DNA of 60,829 nucleotides from Deltaproteobacteria bacterium (GCA_016234855.1 JACRNO010000057.1:1-60829); one strand, 5' to 3'. Positions 9,184 to 20,265 are shown, counted from the first letter of the stretch. Translations and numbers: made by a program. Notes: generated by a model not told the origin, from the sequence alone.

Positions 9184-9214
9184 AGGCAATCTCGCAGTAT
9201 GGGCTGTACCCACT

Positions 9215-9283
9215 GTAGCTCAGGGCTTTAGCCCTGAAAATGGCCACTGGACGCGTGATATCAGGCCTAAAGGCATGAGCTAC
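9215..9283. repeat. GTAG-type REPIN
   Basis: GTAGCTCAGGGCTTTAGCCCTGA...TCAGGCCTAAAGGCATGAGCTAC; spacer resembles the reverse complement of the 1345-1414 spacer. Confidence 0.85.
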
Positions 9284-9402
9284 TGTTTTCAATATATAAT
9301 GGCTGGCGCAGCCACCCTACTAAAGACCGGCCGCGCATTTTTCTTGCCAATCCCGGCATGATACGGTAAATTTTCAGAAAATACCCTCTTGGAGCCGAAC
9401 CG

Positions 9403-9654
9403 ATGGTAAAAAAATACTACAACCTTACCGTGATATGCGAAGGGGCCATGCCTGACTTTACGGTCGACGAAAAGACCGTGGACACGTTTGAAAAGGCGTT
9501 TGGCGGCGAAGAAGGGCTAATACAGTTCATAGACATGGAGGACAAGGGAGAGGTCAGACTCAGAAATAAGAAATTAGTAGGCTACAAAAAGACCCGGATG
9601 ACCCATCTGCCCGCTGAATTAAAGGCTCAGGAAGGTTCGCAAGATAAAAAGTAG
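9403..9654 (+). CDS. Hypothetical protein (83 aa)
   Basis: GGAG SD and a TTGCCA-17-TAAATT promoter-like sequence upstream; no recognisable family. Confidence 0.6.
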   Translation: MVKKYYNLTVICEGAMPDFTVDEKTVDTFEKAFGGEEGLIQFIDMEDKGEVRLRNKKLVGYKKTRMTHLPAELKAQEGSQDKK

Positions 9655-9887
9655 AATATCGGCATGGATATTCCAATGATGGGCGCCCCTTCTCGAGCAT
9701 GCCGCTCTTCACCCCATCCCCAAAACAGATACGCGTCAAACCGCATTGCCCCGGACCCGGCCTTTCCAGTGACGTTAGAACCCCGCGAAAAACCGTGCTT
9801 TTATCTTGACTGGCAGCTTCAAATAGGCTAATTTAAAATATTCGCCGAAACCGAACAAGTCTGTCCGGCTTGCAAGCGGCCGAAGTT

Positions 9888-11396
9888 ATGACAATACTCG
9901 ATAAGGAAAAGGTCAGGCCAGTGGAAGGCACAAGCGTTGAATTCAAGGACAGGCTCGCAAAGCTCCAATCGCTAAGGGATGCGGGTATAAACCCGTATCC
10001 CAACGACTTCAAGGCGGCCGATACCTGCGGCAAGGTAGGCAACGATTGCGGCAACGCGACAAAAGAAGAGCTTGAGGCAAAGGAGATAAGGGTCTCGATA
10101 GCCGGAAGGATCATGGCCATACGCGACTTTGGCAAGGCCTCGTTCGTGCACGTGCAGGACAGGAGCGGCAGGCTCCAGGGATATATCAAAAAGGACATCC
10201 TCGGGGAAGAGGGCTACGCCCTCTTCAAGAAGCTCGACACGGGCGACATCATAGGCTTCGAGGGGCGCCTTTTCAGGACGCGCACGGGCGAGCTTACGGC
10301 TGAGATATCAAGACTCAGGCTCCTTGGCAAGGGGCTTCATCCCCTGCCCGAAAAATGGCACGGGCTGGTCGACGTGGAGGCGCGCTACAGACAGCGCTAC
10401 CTCGACCTGATGGTCAACCCGGATGTGCGCGAGGTCTTCCTCAAGAGGACGGCCATAGTAAGGTTCATCAGGGAGTTCCTCTCAGGCCGTGAGTTCATCG
10501 AGGTCGAGACCCCGATGCTCCAGCCCATAGCGGGCGGCGCGGCGGCAAAACCGTTTACGACCTTTCATAACGCGTTGGGCCAGGAACTCTACCTGCGCAT
10601 CGCGCCGGAGCTATATCTCAAAAGGCTCATAGTGGCGGGGCTTGAGCGCGTCTTTGAAATAAACAGGAACTTCAGGAACGAAGGTGTCTCCACCCAGCAC
10701 AACCCCGAGTTCACGATGCTGGAGTTCTACCAGGCATACGCCACGTTCGAAGACATGATGGACCTTACGGAAGAGATGATAAGCTCGCTTGCGATGCAGC
10801 TCCACGGCTCGATGAAGGTCGATTATCAGGGCACGACACTCGACTTCACCCCGCCCTGGAAGAGGATTACCGTAAGGGACGCCGTCCTTGAATACTCGAA
10901 CGCGGACAAGGCGATATTCGACGACAAGGCCGCGGCCCTGGCCTTTTCAAAGACCCTCGGGCTTACCGTGCCCAAAGGGCTGAGCCACGGCAAGGTCATT
11001 CAGGAGATATTCGAGAAGACGGCCGAGCACGAGTTCATCCAGCCGACCTTCGTCACGCACTATCCGCTGGAGATCTCCCCTCTGGCGCGCAAGAACGAAA
11101 AAGACCCGTCGCTCGTCGACAGGTTCGAGCTGCTCGTCAACGGCAAGGAGATCGCCAACGCCTTTTCCGAGCTCAACGACCCGGTCGACCAGCGCGACCG
11201 CTTCGAGGGTCAGCTTAAGGAGCGCGCCGCGGGCGACGTCGAGGCGCACGAGATGGACGAGGACTACTGCCGCGCCCTTGAATACGGCATGCCGCCGACC
11301 GCCGGAGAAGGCATAGGCATCGACAGGCTTGTAATGATAATGACGAACAGCCCGTCGATAAGGGACGTGATACTCTTTCCGCTCCTGAAAAAATAG
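9888..11396 (+). CDS. lysS: Lysine--tRNA ligase (class II)
   Basis: RYRQRYLDL, YLRIAPELYLKRL, HNPEFTMLEFY, GIGIDRL. Start moved to ATG 9888. Confidence 0.97.
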   Translation: MTILDKEKVRPVEGTSVEFKDRLAKLQSLRDAGINPYPNDFKAADTCGKVGNDCGNATKEELEAKEIRVSIAGRIMAIRDFGKASFVHVQDRSGRLQGYIKKDILGEEGYALFKKLDTGDIIGFEGRLFRTRTGELTAEISRLRLLGKGLHPLPEKWHGLVDVEARYRQRYLDLMVNPDVREVFLKRTAIVRFIREFLSGREFIEVETPMLQPIAGGAAAKPFTTFHNALGQELYLRIAPELYLKRLIVAGLERVFEINRNFRNEGVSTQHNPEFTMLEFYQAYATFEDMMDLTEEMISSLAMQLHGSMKVDYQGTTLDFTPPWKRITVRDAVLEYSNADKAIFDDKAAALAFSKTLGLTVPKGLSHGKVIQEIFEKTAEHEFIQPTFVTHYPLEISPLARKNEKDPSLVDRFELLVNGKEIANAFSELNDPVDQRDRFEGQLKERAAGDVEAHEMDEDYCRALEYGMPPTAGEGIGIDRLVMIMTNSPSIRDVILFPLLKK

Positions 11397-11426
11397 ACCT
11401 CTGGGCTACATAAGGCGTAGTTTTTT

Positions 11427-11506
11427 GTAGTTCAGGGCTTTAGCCCTGAACATAATGGCTGAGCGTAACGCATGTGTCAAAAGACTCAGGCCTGAGGGCC
11501 TGATAC
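11427..11506. repeat. GTAG-type REPIN
   Basis: gtagttcagggctttagccctga...tcaggcctgagggcctga; TACATAAGGC repeated at 11407-16 and 11504-13. Confidence 0.75.
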
Positions 11507-11522
11507 ATAAGGCATCATCATA

Positions 11523-12809
11523 ATGTCCTACGAGCTATTCATCGGCCTTCGCTATCTCAAGGCCAAGAGAAAACAGACCTTCATATCGGTCATATCCTTC
11601 ATCTCGATACTCGGCATAACCGTCGGGGTGATGGCGTTGATAATAGTCCTCTCGGTGATGAACGGGTTTGAGGAGAACCTCAAGGAGAAGATCCTCGGCG
11701 TAAACGCCCACGTCGTTGTAACCGGTTTTACGGGCGGACTGCGTAATTACGCGGACGTGGCCGAGAAGGTCAGGCACGTAAAGGGCGTCGTGGGCGCCAC
11801 GCCCTTCACGTACAACCAGGCGATGATCTCCGGCGGCACCGGCGTGGTGGGGGCCGTGATACGCGGCATAGATACCGCCTCCGCGGGCACGGTCACGATA
11901 CTGCCCGATCGCATAAAGTCCGGGACGCTGGCGGGCCTTGCCGTGCCGTTCCCCGAAGGCGCGGCGCAGACGGACGCCGCCGCTGATGCGAAGCTGCCCG
12001 GCATAATGATAGGCCGCGAGCTTGCCAGAAACCTCGGCCTTGACGTGGGCGACACGCTGCGCGTTATCTCGCCCATGGGTGCGATGACCCCTGCGGGCAC
12101 GGTGCCGAGGATGGCGGCGTTCAGGGTCTCCGGCGTCTTCGAAATGGGGATGTACGAATACGATTCCTCGCTGGCCTTCATCTCCATCGACTCGGCCAGA
12201 CGTTTCTTCCGCCTGGGTGACGCCGTCTCAGGGGTGGAGGTCAAGGTGGCCGACATATACGCAGCCGAGAAGACGGCTGATGAAATCATGGGCGCGCTCA
12301 AAGGCTCATACTGGACGCGGACGTGGATGGAGATGAACAGGAACCTCTTCTCCGCGCTCAAGCTCGAGAAGGCGGCCATGTTCATCATCCTCACGCTCAT
12401 CATAATCGTCGCCGCGCTGAACATCATCTCGACGCTCATAATGGTCGTGATGGAAAAGGGAAAAGACATTGCCATTTTAAAAAGCCTCGGGGCCACGCCG
12501 GGCGGCATAATGCGGATATTCATGATAGAGGGCGCGATAATAGGCGTCATCGGCACCACGCTGGGCACCGTGCTCGGCACCGTGACGGCGATAAACCTCG
12601 AGGCGCTTATAGCGGCCATAGAAAAGCTCTTTCACTTCAAGGTGCTGCCTGCGAGCGTATACTACATAGACAAGTTCCCGTCGAAGGTGGAGCCGTCCTT
12701 CGTCATAGCCATCGCCCTCATCTCCCTGGGCATCAGTTTTCTTGCAACGCTCTACCCGTCTTACCAGGCGTCGCGTTTCGACCCCGTAGAGGGGCTCAGA
12801 TACGAATAA
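11523..12809 (+). CDS. lolE: Lipoprotein-releasing ABC transporter permease LolC/E
   Basis: IGLRYLKAKRKQTFISVIS, LSVMNGFE, NRNLFSALKLEK, DIAILKSLGA, DPVEGLRYE. Confidence 0.93.
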   Translation: MSYELFIGLRYLKAKRKQTFISVISFISILGITVGVMALIIVLSVMNGFEENLKEKILGVNAHVVVTGFTGGLRNYADVAEKVRHVKGVVGATPFTYNQAMISGGTGVVGAVIRGIDTASAGTVTILPDRIKSGTLAGLAVPFPEGAAQTDAAADAKLPGIMIGRELARNLGLDVGDTLRVISPMGAMTPAGTVPRMAAFRVSGVFEMGMYEYDSSLAFISIDSARRFFRLGDAVSGVEVKVADIYAAEKTADEIMGALKGSYWTRTWMEMNRNLFSALKLEKAAMFIILTLIIIVAALNIISTLIMVVMEKGKDIAILKSLGATPGGIMRIFMIEGAIIGVIGTTLGTVLGTVTAINLEALIAAIEKLFHFKVLPASVYYIDKFPSKVEPSFVIAIALISLGISFLATLYPSYQASRFDPVEGLRYE

Positions 12810-12825
12810 AATGAGGCGATAAGAG

Positions 12826-14082
12826 ATGGCTCTGGACGCACAAACCGCATCCCGCGTCAAGGATAAGGCTGAAGACCTCTTCTCCAAGGGCAAGTTCTCG
12901 GAAGCCATCGAGACCTATGAGAAGATAAAGGCCTACGGCGTAAAAGACCCGCGCATCAACCTGCGTATGGGCGATATCGCGCGCAAGATGGGCAATAACG
13001 CCGGCGCAGTCGAATACTATAAAGACGCTGTAAGCAACTTCGTCAAGGCCGGCTTCATCATCAAAGCGGTCGCGGTCTGCAAGATAATCATAAGCATAGA
13101 CCCGGCCCAGCAGGAGATTCAAGCCAAGCTCGCGGAACTCTACGCCGGGCCGCAGGGCGCGGCAGGCGAAGCCCCGGCCAAACCAACGGCGCCCATAAAA
13201 CCTGAGGCCGCCGCACAACCGGGCGGGGCAACGGCCCCAAGCGCCGTTGCCCCGCTCAAGCTGCCGCGCGTCCCTCTCTTCTCGGACTTCAACGAAGTGG
13301 AATTCCTCGAAGTCGTCAAGAAGGTGCGGTCGAAGGACTACCCGGCGGGCTCATACCTCTTCCGCGAGGGAGACAGCGGGGATTCCATATTCATCATCTC
13401 CGACGGCGGCGTGGAGGTCACGGGACAGGCCAAAGACGGCAAGACCGTCGTACTGGCCACCCTGACCGAAGGCGCGATCTTCGGCGAGTACGGGTTCTTC
13501 TCTCAGGCAAAGCGCAGCACGGGGGTCAAGACCGTAAGCGACTCGACCATACTGGAGCTTACCAAGGCCGACCTCGACGACATCATATCGAGACACCAGC
13601 GCGTCTCCGACGTGCTGTTCAAGTTTTACAAGGAACGCGTCGTCGACAGGCTCATGGGACTGTCCGCGATATTCATGCCCATGTCAAAGGAAGACAGGGA
13701 GGAAATACTCAAGAGACTCACGCTCGTCAAGGCGGTCAAGGGCAGCCCCATCGTCAAGGAAGGCGAGATGGGCGACACCATGTACCTCATCAAGAACGGC
13801 CGGGTCGCGGTCTGGGTGCGCGACAAGGCCGGCAAGCCCCTGACGCTCAAGGAGATGTGCGAGGGGGACTTCTTCGGAGAGATAGCCCTTGCGACCTCGC
13901 GTCCGCGCGTCGCCAACGTATCCGCGGTGGAGGACGTCGAGCTTGTCGCCTTCTCCAGGCCCATGATAAAAGATATCCTTATCAAATACCCGGCGGTCAA
14001 GGATACGCTCGAACAGGTCATAAAGGAACGCGTCGTCGACACCGCAAAGGCAAAGGAGCGCCAGGACGCCACGCTTATCTGA
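12826..14082 (+). CDS. TPR-like N-terminus plus two cyclic-nucleotide-binding domains
   Basis: Helical TPR-like N-terminal region, Pro/Ala linker, two CNB cassettes ([14 protein letters not shown] and [17 protein letters not shown]); no output domain seen. Confidence 0.85.
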   Translation: MALDAQTASRVKDKAEDLFSKGKFSEAIETYEKIKAYGVKDPRINLRMGDIARKMGNNAGAVEYYKDAVSNFVKAGFIIKAVAVCKIIISIDPAQQEIQAKLAELYAGPQGAAGEAPAKPTAPIKPEAAAQPGGATAPSAVAPLKLPRVPLFSDFNEVEFLEVVKKVRSKDYPAGSYLFREGDSGDSIFIISDGGVEVTGQAKDGKTVVLATLTEGAIFGEYGFFSQAKRSTGVKTVSDSTILELTKADLDDIISRHQRVSDVLFKFYKERVVDRLMGLSAIFMPMSKEDREEILKRLTLVKAVKGSPIVKEGEMGDTMYLIKNGRVAVWVRDKAGKPLTLKEMCEGDFFGEIALATSRPRVANVSAVEDVELVAFSRPMIKDILIKYPAVKDTLEQVIKERVVDTAKAKERQDATLI

Positions 14083-14194
14083 GCTATCGGTTATCAGTTA
14101 TCAGTTTATTATTATAGACGACTATTGCCGACAACCGATCTCAGATACCTGCTTTGCCTTTACTTATAACCGACAACCGGTAACCGATAACAGC
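14083..14194. repeat. Inverted arrays of 7-bp tandem repeats
   Basis: tatcggt-tatcagt-tatcagt ... accgaca-accggta-accgata; the two arrays are mutually complementary. Confidence 0.7.
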
Positions 14195-14869
14195 ATGGAA
14201 CTTATCACCATAAAAGACCTCTGCAAGAGCTACGGCAACGGCGGCAAGAAGATTGACGTGCTCAAGGGGATAAATCTCACCGTGAACAAGGGCGAGACCA
14301 TAGCCATAGTAGGGGCCTCGGGCGCGGGCAAGTCAACGCTCTTAAATATCATGGGCACGTTGGACAGGCCGACGAGCGGGGACGTGCGCTTCATGAACGA
14401 GCCGGTCTTCGATTACGACGGAAAACGGCTTGCGGCCTTCAGGAACAGGACGATAGGCTTCGTCTTTCAGTTTCACCACCTGCTGCCGGAGTTTACGGCG
14501 GTCGAGAACGTCATGCTCCCGGCGCTGATTAGCGGCGCGCCGTTCGATGCCGCGCGCTCGAGGGCCGCCGCGCTTCTCGGAGAGGTCGGGTTGAGCGAGC
14601 GGCTCGGGCACAAGCCGGGCGAACTATCCGGCGGCGAGCAACAGCGCTGCGCGATAGTGCGCGCCGTCATCCAGGACCCGGGCATGATATTGGCGGACGA
14701 GCCCACGGGCAACCTCGACGCCCGCACCGGCGACGAGGTCTTTGCACTCCTGCTCGGACTTAACAGGGACAGAGGCACGCCGCTGGTGGTCGTCACGCAC
14801 AACGAGCGGCTCGCCTCGCGCATGACGAGGCGCATTATGATGTCGGACGGGTCTCTGACCGAAGGATAG
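14195..14869 (+). CDS. lolD: Lipoprotein-releasing ABC transporter ATP-binding protein
   Basis: [22 protein letters not shown] LolD motif, [17 protein letters not shown]. Confidence 0.93.
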   Translation: MELITIKDLCKSYGNGGKKIDVLKGINLTVNKGETIAIVGASGAGKSTLLNIMGTLDRPTSGDVRFMNEPVFDYDGKRLAAFRNRTIGFVFQFHHLLPEFTAVENVMLPALISGAPFDAARSRAAALLGEVGLSERLGHKPGELSGGEQQRCAIVRAVIQDPGMILADEPTGNLDARTGDEVFALLLGLNRDRGTPLVVVTHNERLASRMTRRIMMSDGSLTEG

Positions 14870-14881
14870 AACGCAGATATC

Positions 14882-14956
14882 GTAGCTCAGACCTTTAAGT
14901 CTGATTTTGTCAGCCGCTAAACGGGCGTTCATATCAAGGCTAAAGCCCTGAGCTAC
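14882..14956. repeat. GTAG-type REPIN
   Basis: GTAGCTCAGACCTTTAAGTCTGA...TCAAGGCTAAAGCCCTGAGCTAC. Confidence 0.85.
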
Positions 14957-15085
14957 GAAAAATCCGCTATGCGGCAGAAACATCATGAAAGGCCTTTGAC
15001 CTTTACGCAAGTCAAAGATTATCCGTCAGGCCAAAGCCCTTAAGGGCCGCACAGCCTGACGTTAGAAAAGGGGCTAACAGAGTTC

Positions 15086-17770
15086 GTGTTCCGTCGCTTT
15101 GGCATTCTCATCCTAATACTCTTCTGCGCCTTACAATTGCAGCCGGCCGCGGCGCGCGCGTTTGGCCCGCCGGTAAACGTGCTTGTCGTGCCGTTCGACG
15201 CCCAGGGCACGGGCGAGCTTACCTTGCTCCGCCGCCACGTCATGGACACGTTCGCAGTGCCGCTGCACGCGGCCGGCGCGGAACTGGTCGGCATGGAGGA
15301 ACTCCGCGACGCCATGCTCAAACGCGGTGTCGTGCGGTTCAGCGAGGCCGACGCGCTCGCGCTCGGCGCATCCGTAAAGGCAGACTACGTCATAATGGGC
15401 GCAATGGTGAAGGAGGGCGGAACCCTCGGCCTTGAGTGGCGCGTCATCGCGCTCGTTGACAAGGACGTTATAGCGGCTTACGCCAAGTCTTCCCAATCGG
15501 AGGCCGAGGTCCTCCGGACGCTGGGAGACTCGGCCCGCTCCATATACGATAAGATGGTCTCGACAACAGCGGCCCGGCCCGCGGTGCGCTCCGGCCTCGT
15601 CAACAGGGTCGAGGTCTCGGGCACGCTGAGGATCGACAAGGAGGCGGCCCTCAAGAAGGTCACGAGCAAGCCCGGCGCGCCCTTTTCCATCGACGACGTG
15701 CGCGAGGACATAAAGGCCATATACGCCACCGGCTACTTTGACGACGTATCCGCCGACCTCTCGGACACGGCCTCGGGCAAGGTGCTCACCTTTATCGTAA
15801 AGGAGATGCCGTTCATCAAGAAGATAGCCTTCAAGGGCAACAGCGCCCTCAAGGACGAGAAGCTCAACGAGGGCGTCACCATCAAGGAGAATACCGTCCT
15901 TGACCGCCAGCTCCTTGAGCTTAACGCGGAGAAGATAAAGGGGCTATACGCGGAAGAAGGCTATTACCTGACGAAGGTAAGGCCGGTCGTCAGTTCCGAC
16001 GGCGTCGAGGCAACCATCACGTTCGAAATAGACGAAGGCCCGGAGGTCAAGGTAAAGCGCATCGTCATAATCGGCGCCGACCATTTCAGCGAGGACAAGA
16101 TTAAAGGATTCATGACCACTGGAGAGAAAGGCATCTTCTCGGCGCTAAGCGGCAGCGGCAAGTTCAACGAGCAGAAGTTCGAGGACGACCTCTCCATCAT
16201 CATGGGCCGGTACTACGACGACGGCTACATCACCGCCGAAATCCTCGACCACAGGGTTACGCTCTCGGAAGACAAACAGTGGTTCTTCATCACCATCGCC
16301 CTGTCCGAAGGGCTGGAGTACCGGATAGGCAAAATAGCGGTTGCGGGGGAGATCATCACTACCGAGGAAGAGCTAATAGAGAAACTGAAGCTCGAGCCGG
16401 GCGACGTCTTCAACAGGACGCGGTTCTCCAAAGGGCTCGACGCGATAAACGACGTCTACGGCGACAAGGGCTACGCCTACGCGGATGTGCGGCCGATAAC
16501 CAACCTCAACGCCGAGACCAGGACGGTTGACATAACACTCGACATAAAGAAGAACGAGCTCGCATACATCGAGCGCGTGGACATATCAGGCAACGTCAAG
16601 ACGCTCGACAAGGTCATCCGGCGCGAGATCGAGCTCGGCGAAGGCGACCTCTTCTCGTCAAGCTCTCTGAAAAGGAGCCGCAACAACCTCAAGCGCCTGG
16701 GCTACTTCGAGGACGTCCAGATAAAGGACAACCAGGGCACCGGAGCGGACAAGATCAACCTCAACGTCGGCGTCAAGGAGAAGCCGACCGGCTCGGTCTC
16801 CGTCGGCGTCGGATACTCGTCTGTGGACAAGCTCCTTGGCACGGCGTCCGTGGCGCAGACCAACTTCATGGGCACGGGCATCAAGCTCGACCTGTCCGGC
16901 ACGGTGAGCGCATCGAGCTCAAAATACGTCCTCGGCTTCACCGAGCCGTGGCTCTTCGACACGCCGGTATCGGCCGGGTTCGACCTGTACAACTCGGATA
17001 AGGATTACCCCGACTTCAGGCTTGGCAAGAAGGGTTTCGACGTCAGACTGGGCTTCCCGGTCACGGACAGATACACCTACGGGTACCTGACATATAGACT
17101 TGAGGAGGCCAAGGTCAGCAACGTCGGAGGAACCGCCTCGACCTATATAAAGGAGCAGGAAGGCACGGCCACCGAGAGCAGCCTTACGGCGGCGCTCAAG
17201 CGCGACACGAGGGACGACGCCTTCTTCCCTACGGAAGGGGCGGTGCTCTCGCTCTCGACGACCGTGGCCGGCGGCATGTTCGGAGGCTCAAGCGACTTCA
17301 TAAAATACGAGACGGACAACATAAAATACTTCCCGCTCTTTTGGGATACGACATTCTCTATACGCGGCAACCTCGGCTACGTGCAGGGTTACGGCGGCAA
17401 ACAGGTGCCCGTCTACGAGAGATACTACCTCGGCGGCATAAATTCGCTGCGCGGGTTCAGGACGCGCTCGGTCGGCCCGAAGAGCCCCGGCTCGGACGAG
17501 ATAATAGGCGGCAAGGCCATGGCCCTTGCCAACTTCGAGTATCTCTTCCCCATCATTGAAGAACAACACTTGAAAGGGGTCTTGTTTTTTGATATCGGTA
17601 ATGCGTACGACAAGCGCATAGACCTGAACTACCTGCGCAAGAGCGCGGGCGCCGGGTTGCGCTGGTTCTCACCCATCGGCCCGCTCCGGCTCGAATACGG
17701 CGTTAACCTCGACCGCCGCGCGGGCGAGAAGGACGCGCAGTGGGAGTTTACCGTGGGGACAAACTTCTGA
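15086..17770 (+). CDS. bamA: Outer membrane protein assembly factor BamA with an extra N-terminal domain
   Basis: Signal peptide, POTRA repeats (DIKAIYATGYF, GNVKTLDKVIRRE), LRGF motif, SPIGPLRLEYG, terminal Phe. Confidence 0.95.
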   Translation: MFRRFGILILILFCALQLQPAAARAFGPPVNVLVVPFDAQGTGELTLLRRHVMDTFAVPLHAAGAELVGMEELRDAMLKRGVVRFSEADALALGASVKADYVIMGAMVKEGGTLGLEWRVIALVDKDVIAAYAKSSQSEAEVLRTLGDSARSIYDKMVSTTAARPAVRSGLVNRVEVSGTLRIDKEAALKKVTSKPGAPFSIDDVREDIKAIYATGYFDDVSADLSDTASGKVLTFIVKEMPFIKKIAFKGNSALKDEKLNEGVTIKENTVLDRQLLELNAEKIKGLYAEEGYYLTKVRPVVSSDGVEATITFEIDEGPEVKVKRIVIIGADHFSEDKIKGFMTTGEKGIFSALSGSGKFNEQKFEDDLSIIMGRYYDDGYITAEILDHRVTLSEDKQWFFITIALSEGLEYRIGKIAVAGEIITTEEELIEKLKLEPGDVFNRTRFSKGLDAINDVYGDKGYAYADVRPITNLNAETRTVDITLDIKKNELAYIERVDISGNVKTLDKVIRREIELGEGDLFSSSSLKRSRNNLKRLGYFEDVQIKDNQGTGADKINLNVGVKEKPTGSVSVGVGYSSVDKLLGTASVAQTNFMGTGIKLDLSGTVSASSSKYVLGFTEPWLFDTPVSAGFDLYNSDKDYPDFRLGKKGFDVRLGFPVTDRYTYGYLTYRLEEAKVSNVGGTASTYIKEQEGTATESSLTAALKRDTRDDAFFPTEGAVLSLSTTVAGGMFGGSSDFIKYETDNIKYFPLFWDTTFSIRGNLGYVQGYGGKQVPVYERYYLGGINSLRGFRTRSVGPKSPGSDEIIGGKAMALANFEYLFPIIEEQHLKGVLFFDIGNAYDKRIDLNYLRKSAGAGLRWFSPIGPLRLEYGVNLDRRAGEKDAQWEFTVGTNF

Positions 17771-17833
17771 GCATAACGCACAACGGGCCGTAAGGCCCGT
17801 CAGTTCACAAACCATAACAAAGGAGACGACGCA

Positions 17834-18382
17834 ATGATGAAGAAGATAAAGTTGTTGTTGGCGCTGGCAACGGTTTCCGTCATGGCTGCGGCCTCACCAA
17901 CGCTTGCAAAGGAAGCGAAGATCGGCCACGCGAACCTTCAACGCGCGCTCAATGAGTCCACCGCCGGCGCAAAGGCCAAAGACCAGCTCGAGGAAGAAGC
18001 GAAGAAGCTCGAGGACGAGCTCAACGTCGAACAGGAAGCCCTGAAGAAGATGAAGGAAGACATAGACAAGATGGGCTCCATCTGGAACAAGGAGACGAAA
18101 GAAAAGAATGAGAACGAGTTCAGGACGCGCAGCCAGGAGTTTCAGAAGAAGTTCATGGACTACGGCGACGAATTGAACAACAGGAAGCAGGAGCATGAGA
18201 ACGCGATAATCGAAGACCTGCGGAAGATTGTCGACGAGATAGCAAAGAAGAAAGGTTACTCGTACGTCTTTGAAAGGTCCATGGGCGGCATACTTTACGC
18301 GCCCGACTCCGACGACCTTACGGACGAGGTCATAAAGACCTACAACAAGCGCTGGACCGAAAAGAAGAAGGACGCGAAGTAA
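17834..18382 (+). CDS. skp: Periplasmic chaperone Skp/OmpH
   Basis: Signal peptide, [11 protein letters not shown], coiled coil, DLTDEVIK; between bamA and lpxD. Confidence 0.9.
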   Translation: MMKKIKLLLALATVSVMAAASPTLAKEAKIGHANLQRALNESTAGAKAKDQLEEEAKKLEDELNVEQEALKKMKEDIDKMGSIWNKETKEKNENEFRTRSQEFQKKFMDYGDELNNRKQEHENAIIEDLRKIVDEIAKKKGYSYVFERSMGGILYAPDSDDLTDEVIKTYNKRWTEKKKDAK

Positions 18383-18386
18383 GGCC

Positions 18387-19418
18387 ATGGCCGTCAAAGC
18401 GACCCTCAAAGAGCTTGCCGGGGTAACGGGCGGGCGCGTCATAGGCGACGGGAACGCCGTCATAACGGGCGTAGCCCCGGTTGAAGAGGCGCGGACCGGG
18501 GATATCACCTTCATCACCGGAGCCAAACACCTCAAGGGTCTGGCCGCTGCAAAGGCCTCGGCCGTCATAGTGAAAGACGGCGAATACGACGCGCCCGGGG
18601 TAAACCTCCTCCTCGTCAAGAACCCGCGAATCGCCTTTGGCAAGGTCACCGACATCTTCAAACCCGCCTATGTGCCGCCTCCGGGTGTGCACCCGCGCGC
18701 CGAGGTGCATCCCGGCGCGCGCATCGGCGCGGGGGCGTCAGTCGGCGCGTTCGTGGTCATTGAGAACGGCGCGGTGATAGGCGAGCGGGCCGTCATCCAC
18801 CCGGGCGTATACATCGGCCTCAACGCGCAAGTCGGGCCTGACTCGACCCTCTATTCCGGGGTCGCGGTGCGCGAGGGCTGCGTCATCGGCTCGCGCGTCA
18901 TCATCCACTGCAACAGCGTCGTGGGGAGCGACGGCTTCGGCTATGAATTCGACGAAGGCAGGCACAACAAGCTCCCGCAGCGCGGCATAGTGAGGATAGA
19001 GGACGAGGTGGAACTCGGCGCCTGCGTCACCGTAGACCGCGCGGCCATTGGCGAGACGGTCATAGGCCGCGGCACCAAGATCGACAACCTCGTGCAGATC
19101 GCGCATAACGTCCGTATAGGGGCGAACTGCATCATCGTGGCGCAGGTGGGCGTGGCCGGCAGCACCGTCATCGGCAACGGGGTCGTCATAGGCGGCCAGG
19201 CCGGGCTTGTCGGGCACATCAGGATTGGCGACGGCGTCATGATAGGGGCGCAGACCGGCGTATCCGGCGACCTCGCGTCCGGCGTCTGGTCAGGCTCTCC
19301 GGCCATCCCGCATACGGAGTGGCTGCGGGCCTCAAGCGTCTTCGCAAGGCTACCTGAGCTTAAAAAGCGCATAGCCGAACTCGAAAGGCTCGTAGCCGAA
19401 TTGAAAGAGAAGAAATAG
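18387..19418 (+). CDS. lpxD: UDP-3-O-acylglucosamine N-acyltransferase
   Basis: Hexapeptide repeats, [20 protein letters not shown]. Confidence 0.96.
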   Translation: MAVKATLKELAGVTGGRVIGDGNAVITGVAPVEEARTGDITFITGAKHLKGLAAAKASAVIVKDGEYDAPGVNLLLVKNPRIAFGKVTDIFKPAYVPPPGVHPRAEVHPGARIGAGASVGAFVVIENGAVIGERAVIHPGVYIGLNAQVGPDSTLYSGVAVREGCVIGSRVIIHCNSVVGSDGFGYEFDEGRHNKLPQRGIVRIEDEVELGACVTVDRAAIGETVIGRGTKIDNLVQIAHNVRIGANCIIVAQVGVAGSTVIGNGVVIGGQAGLVGHIRIGDGVMIGAQTGVSGDLASGVWSGSPAIPHTEWLRASSVFARLPELKKRIAELERLVAELKEKK

Positions 19419-19470
19419 TATCCTTAATATTGCAAGACACGAATAACGGGCTTTTAATCAAGGAGGCTAC

Positions 19471-19899
19471 ATGATAGAGATCAAGGAAATATTATCCATA
19501 CTCCCGCACCGTTATCCTTTCCTTCTGATAGACAAGATAATAGAGCTTGAGCCGAACACCTCGGCAAAGGGCATAAAGAACGTCACCATCAACGAGCCGT
19601 TCTTTCAGGGGCACTTCCCCGGCCACCCCATCATGCCGGGCGTCCTTATAATCGAAGCGATGGCCCAGGTCGGAGGGGTGCTGGCGTTCAAGAGCGCGGA
19701 CGTATCTAACAACGTCGTCTACTTCATGGGCATAGATAACGCCCGTTTCCGCAAACCCGTGCTTCCGGGAGACGTGCTTGAGCTTCAACTGACGGTAACG
19801 AAGACCAGGGGCACGATATGGGGATTCAACGGCAAGGCGTTCGTGGACGGCAAGCTCGCGGCAGAGGCCGACCTGCTGGCGACCATAGTGGCAAAGTAA
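19471..19899 (+). CDS. fabZ: 3-hydroxyacyl-ACP dehydratase
   Basis: [33 protein letters not shown]. Confidence 0.97.
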   Translation: MIEIKEILSILPHRYPFLLIDKIIELEPNTSAKGIKNVTINEPFFQGHFPGHPIMPGVLIIEAMAQVGGVLAFKSADVSNNVVYFMGIDNARFRKPVLPGDVLELQLTVTKTRGTIWGFNGKAFVDGKLAAEADLLATIVAK

Positions 19900-19916
19900 T
19901 CCCGGACGCATATCTA

Positions 19917-20000
19917 AGGAAGTTCTGATTAATTCTACCAAAATGTCATTCTGAGCGCGTGAGCCTTTAGCCCTGAGCGTAGCGAATGGGGAAGAATCTT
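19917..20000. mobile_element. Truncated MITE left end (CTGATTAATTC family) followed by a TGTC-type REP arm
   Basis: TA|aggaagttctgattaattc then tgtcattctgagcg...gaagaatct; same start as the 39140 element. Confidence 0.6.
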
Positions 20001-20043
20001 GTCTTTAAGAGAATCAAATAATTACGGGATGTCATTTATATTA

Positions 20044-20265
20044 GGGAACCTCTGATTATTGACATCTGCAAAAGCAATGCAATGACGGCGCTCATGCTTA
20101 AACGAAAACGAGTATTCGTCATGCCCGAATGCTTCTATCGGGCATCCAGCGTCTTTATCGGGGGCGATAAAAAGATAAAGACGCTGGATTCCCGCTTAAG
20201 ACACGCGGGAATGACGGGTTGATGGGCTGCATTACTTATACAAAAGTCAATAATCAGAGCTTCCC
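20044..20265. mobile_element. 222-bp MITE carrying a CGTC-type REPIN (20117-20216)
   Basis: TIRs GGGAACCTCTGATTATTGAC / GTCAATAATCAGAGCTTCCC (19/20 match), TA on both flanks; internal cgtcatgcccgaa...gcgggaatgacg. Confidence 0.85.

Noticed and set aside
17783-17800. ACGGGCC-GTAA-GGCCCGT hairpin after bamA as a terminator
   Set aside because: No U-tract follows and skp continues the operon; at most an mRNA stability element.
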